Source: Bacteroidota bacterium
GTDB taxonomy: Bacteria > Bacteroidota > Bacteroidia > Bacteroidales > GCA-2748055
DNA: 64,000 nt
Direction: 5' to 3'
Assembly: GCA_043797815.1 (NCBI GenBank)
Contig: JAZDPG010000027.1
Span: forward strand, 29,554 to 93,553
The notes below the pieces were generated by a model that saw only the letters and a program-made list of their open reading frames with translations, searched no databases and was not told the origin of the DNA. Positions 63,630 to 64,000 of the stretch are shown here, piece after piece. The first letter of the stretch is position 1; every line of letters begins with the position of its first letter. The position numbers and the translations under genes are program-made.

Positions 63630-64000
63630 TTACTTATAATTTCTTTGTTTCACTTCAATGTTCTCAAAAACCAGGGGCTCCCTGTGCAGCACATGATCCT
63701 TTCCGGGCCCCTTGAACTCCCACGCAGCCACAAAGGTGAAATCCTTATCGTTTCTCAGGGCTTCCCCTTCATCGGTCTGGTATTCCTCCCTGAAGTGGCC
63801 TCCGCATGACTCCTCCCTGACCAGGGCATCCCTGGCCATCAATTCACCCAGTTCCAGAAAATCTGCGAGCCTGGCGGCCTTCTGCAGTTCGGGATTGAGG
63901 TCATTCAGTTCACCGGGGATCCGGACCGAATTCCAGAATTCATCCCTCAGGTTTCTGATCTCCTCGATGGCCAGCTCGAGACCGTCCTTGTTCCGGGCCA
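63630..64000 (-). CDS. sdhA: succinate dehydrogenase/fumarate reductase flavoprotein subunit, C-terminal part (5' end beyond window)
   Basis: The reading frame is open from the window edge, and the track shows only the piece from an internal Met at 63842. It contains ..[26 protein letters not shown].., typical of the flavoprotein C-terminal domain. It lies 20 nt upstream of sdhB. Confidence 0.85.
   Translation of the reverse strand, partial: ARNKDGLELAIEEIRNLRDEFWNSVRIPGELNDLNPELQKAARLADFLELGELMARDALVREESCGGHFREEYQTDEGEALRNDKDFTFVAAWEFKGPGKDHVLHREPLVFENIEVKQRNYK

Overview
This 64-kb window is densely coding and looks like a Bacteroidota chromosome. Supporting signs are type IX secretion (T9SS) C-terminal sorting domains, a PorP/SprF gene, SprB-type repeats, TAnnTTTG -7 promoter boxes and tight gene packing without obvious Shine-Dalgarno spacing. 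I support about 55 CDS and 2 tRNAs (Gln-UUG, Asn-GUU). I saw no rRNA, CRISPR array, transposase or integrase. From left to right the window holds: a TolC plus membrane-fusion efflux pair cut by the left edge; a DUF45 peptidase and a small OM barrel; a TonB-dependent receptor operon; an A+T-rich islet (orphan lipoprotein, ParE-type toxin-antitoxin pair, about 450 nt of ORF-free DNA) on the 3' side of tRNA-Gln; a PadR-PspC operon; housekeeping genes (adenosine kinase-like, DUF89, M16 peptidase, dNK, GH3-like, queA, truB, uppP, ftsX, ilvE); a large sensor nucleotide cyclase divergent from a tandem USP; a T9SS block (PorZ-like propeller protein, recO, a 2862-aa type-B-CTD adhesin, its PorP/SprF partner); a strand-alternating surface-polysaccharide locus (YfhO, Wzx, pyruvyl transferase, methyltransferase, three GTs, wecB) with glyQS embedded; and nadB, dusB, a CPBP protease, an M24 aminopeptidase and sdhB/sdhA at the right edge. 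The best candidates for something new are: (i) the cyclase, which joins a propeller/Y_Y_Y sensor head to a class III cyclase and a degenerate HD-like tail, next to a USP; (ii) the giant modular adhesin with a dedicated PorP/SprF; (iii) the tRNA-Gln islet and an unassigned G+C-rich structured element upstream of the TonB-receptor operon; (iv) a possible small His-rich ORF coupled to PadR-PspC. All functional calls come from reading motifs by eye against remembered family patterns. No database search was run.
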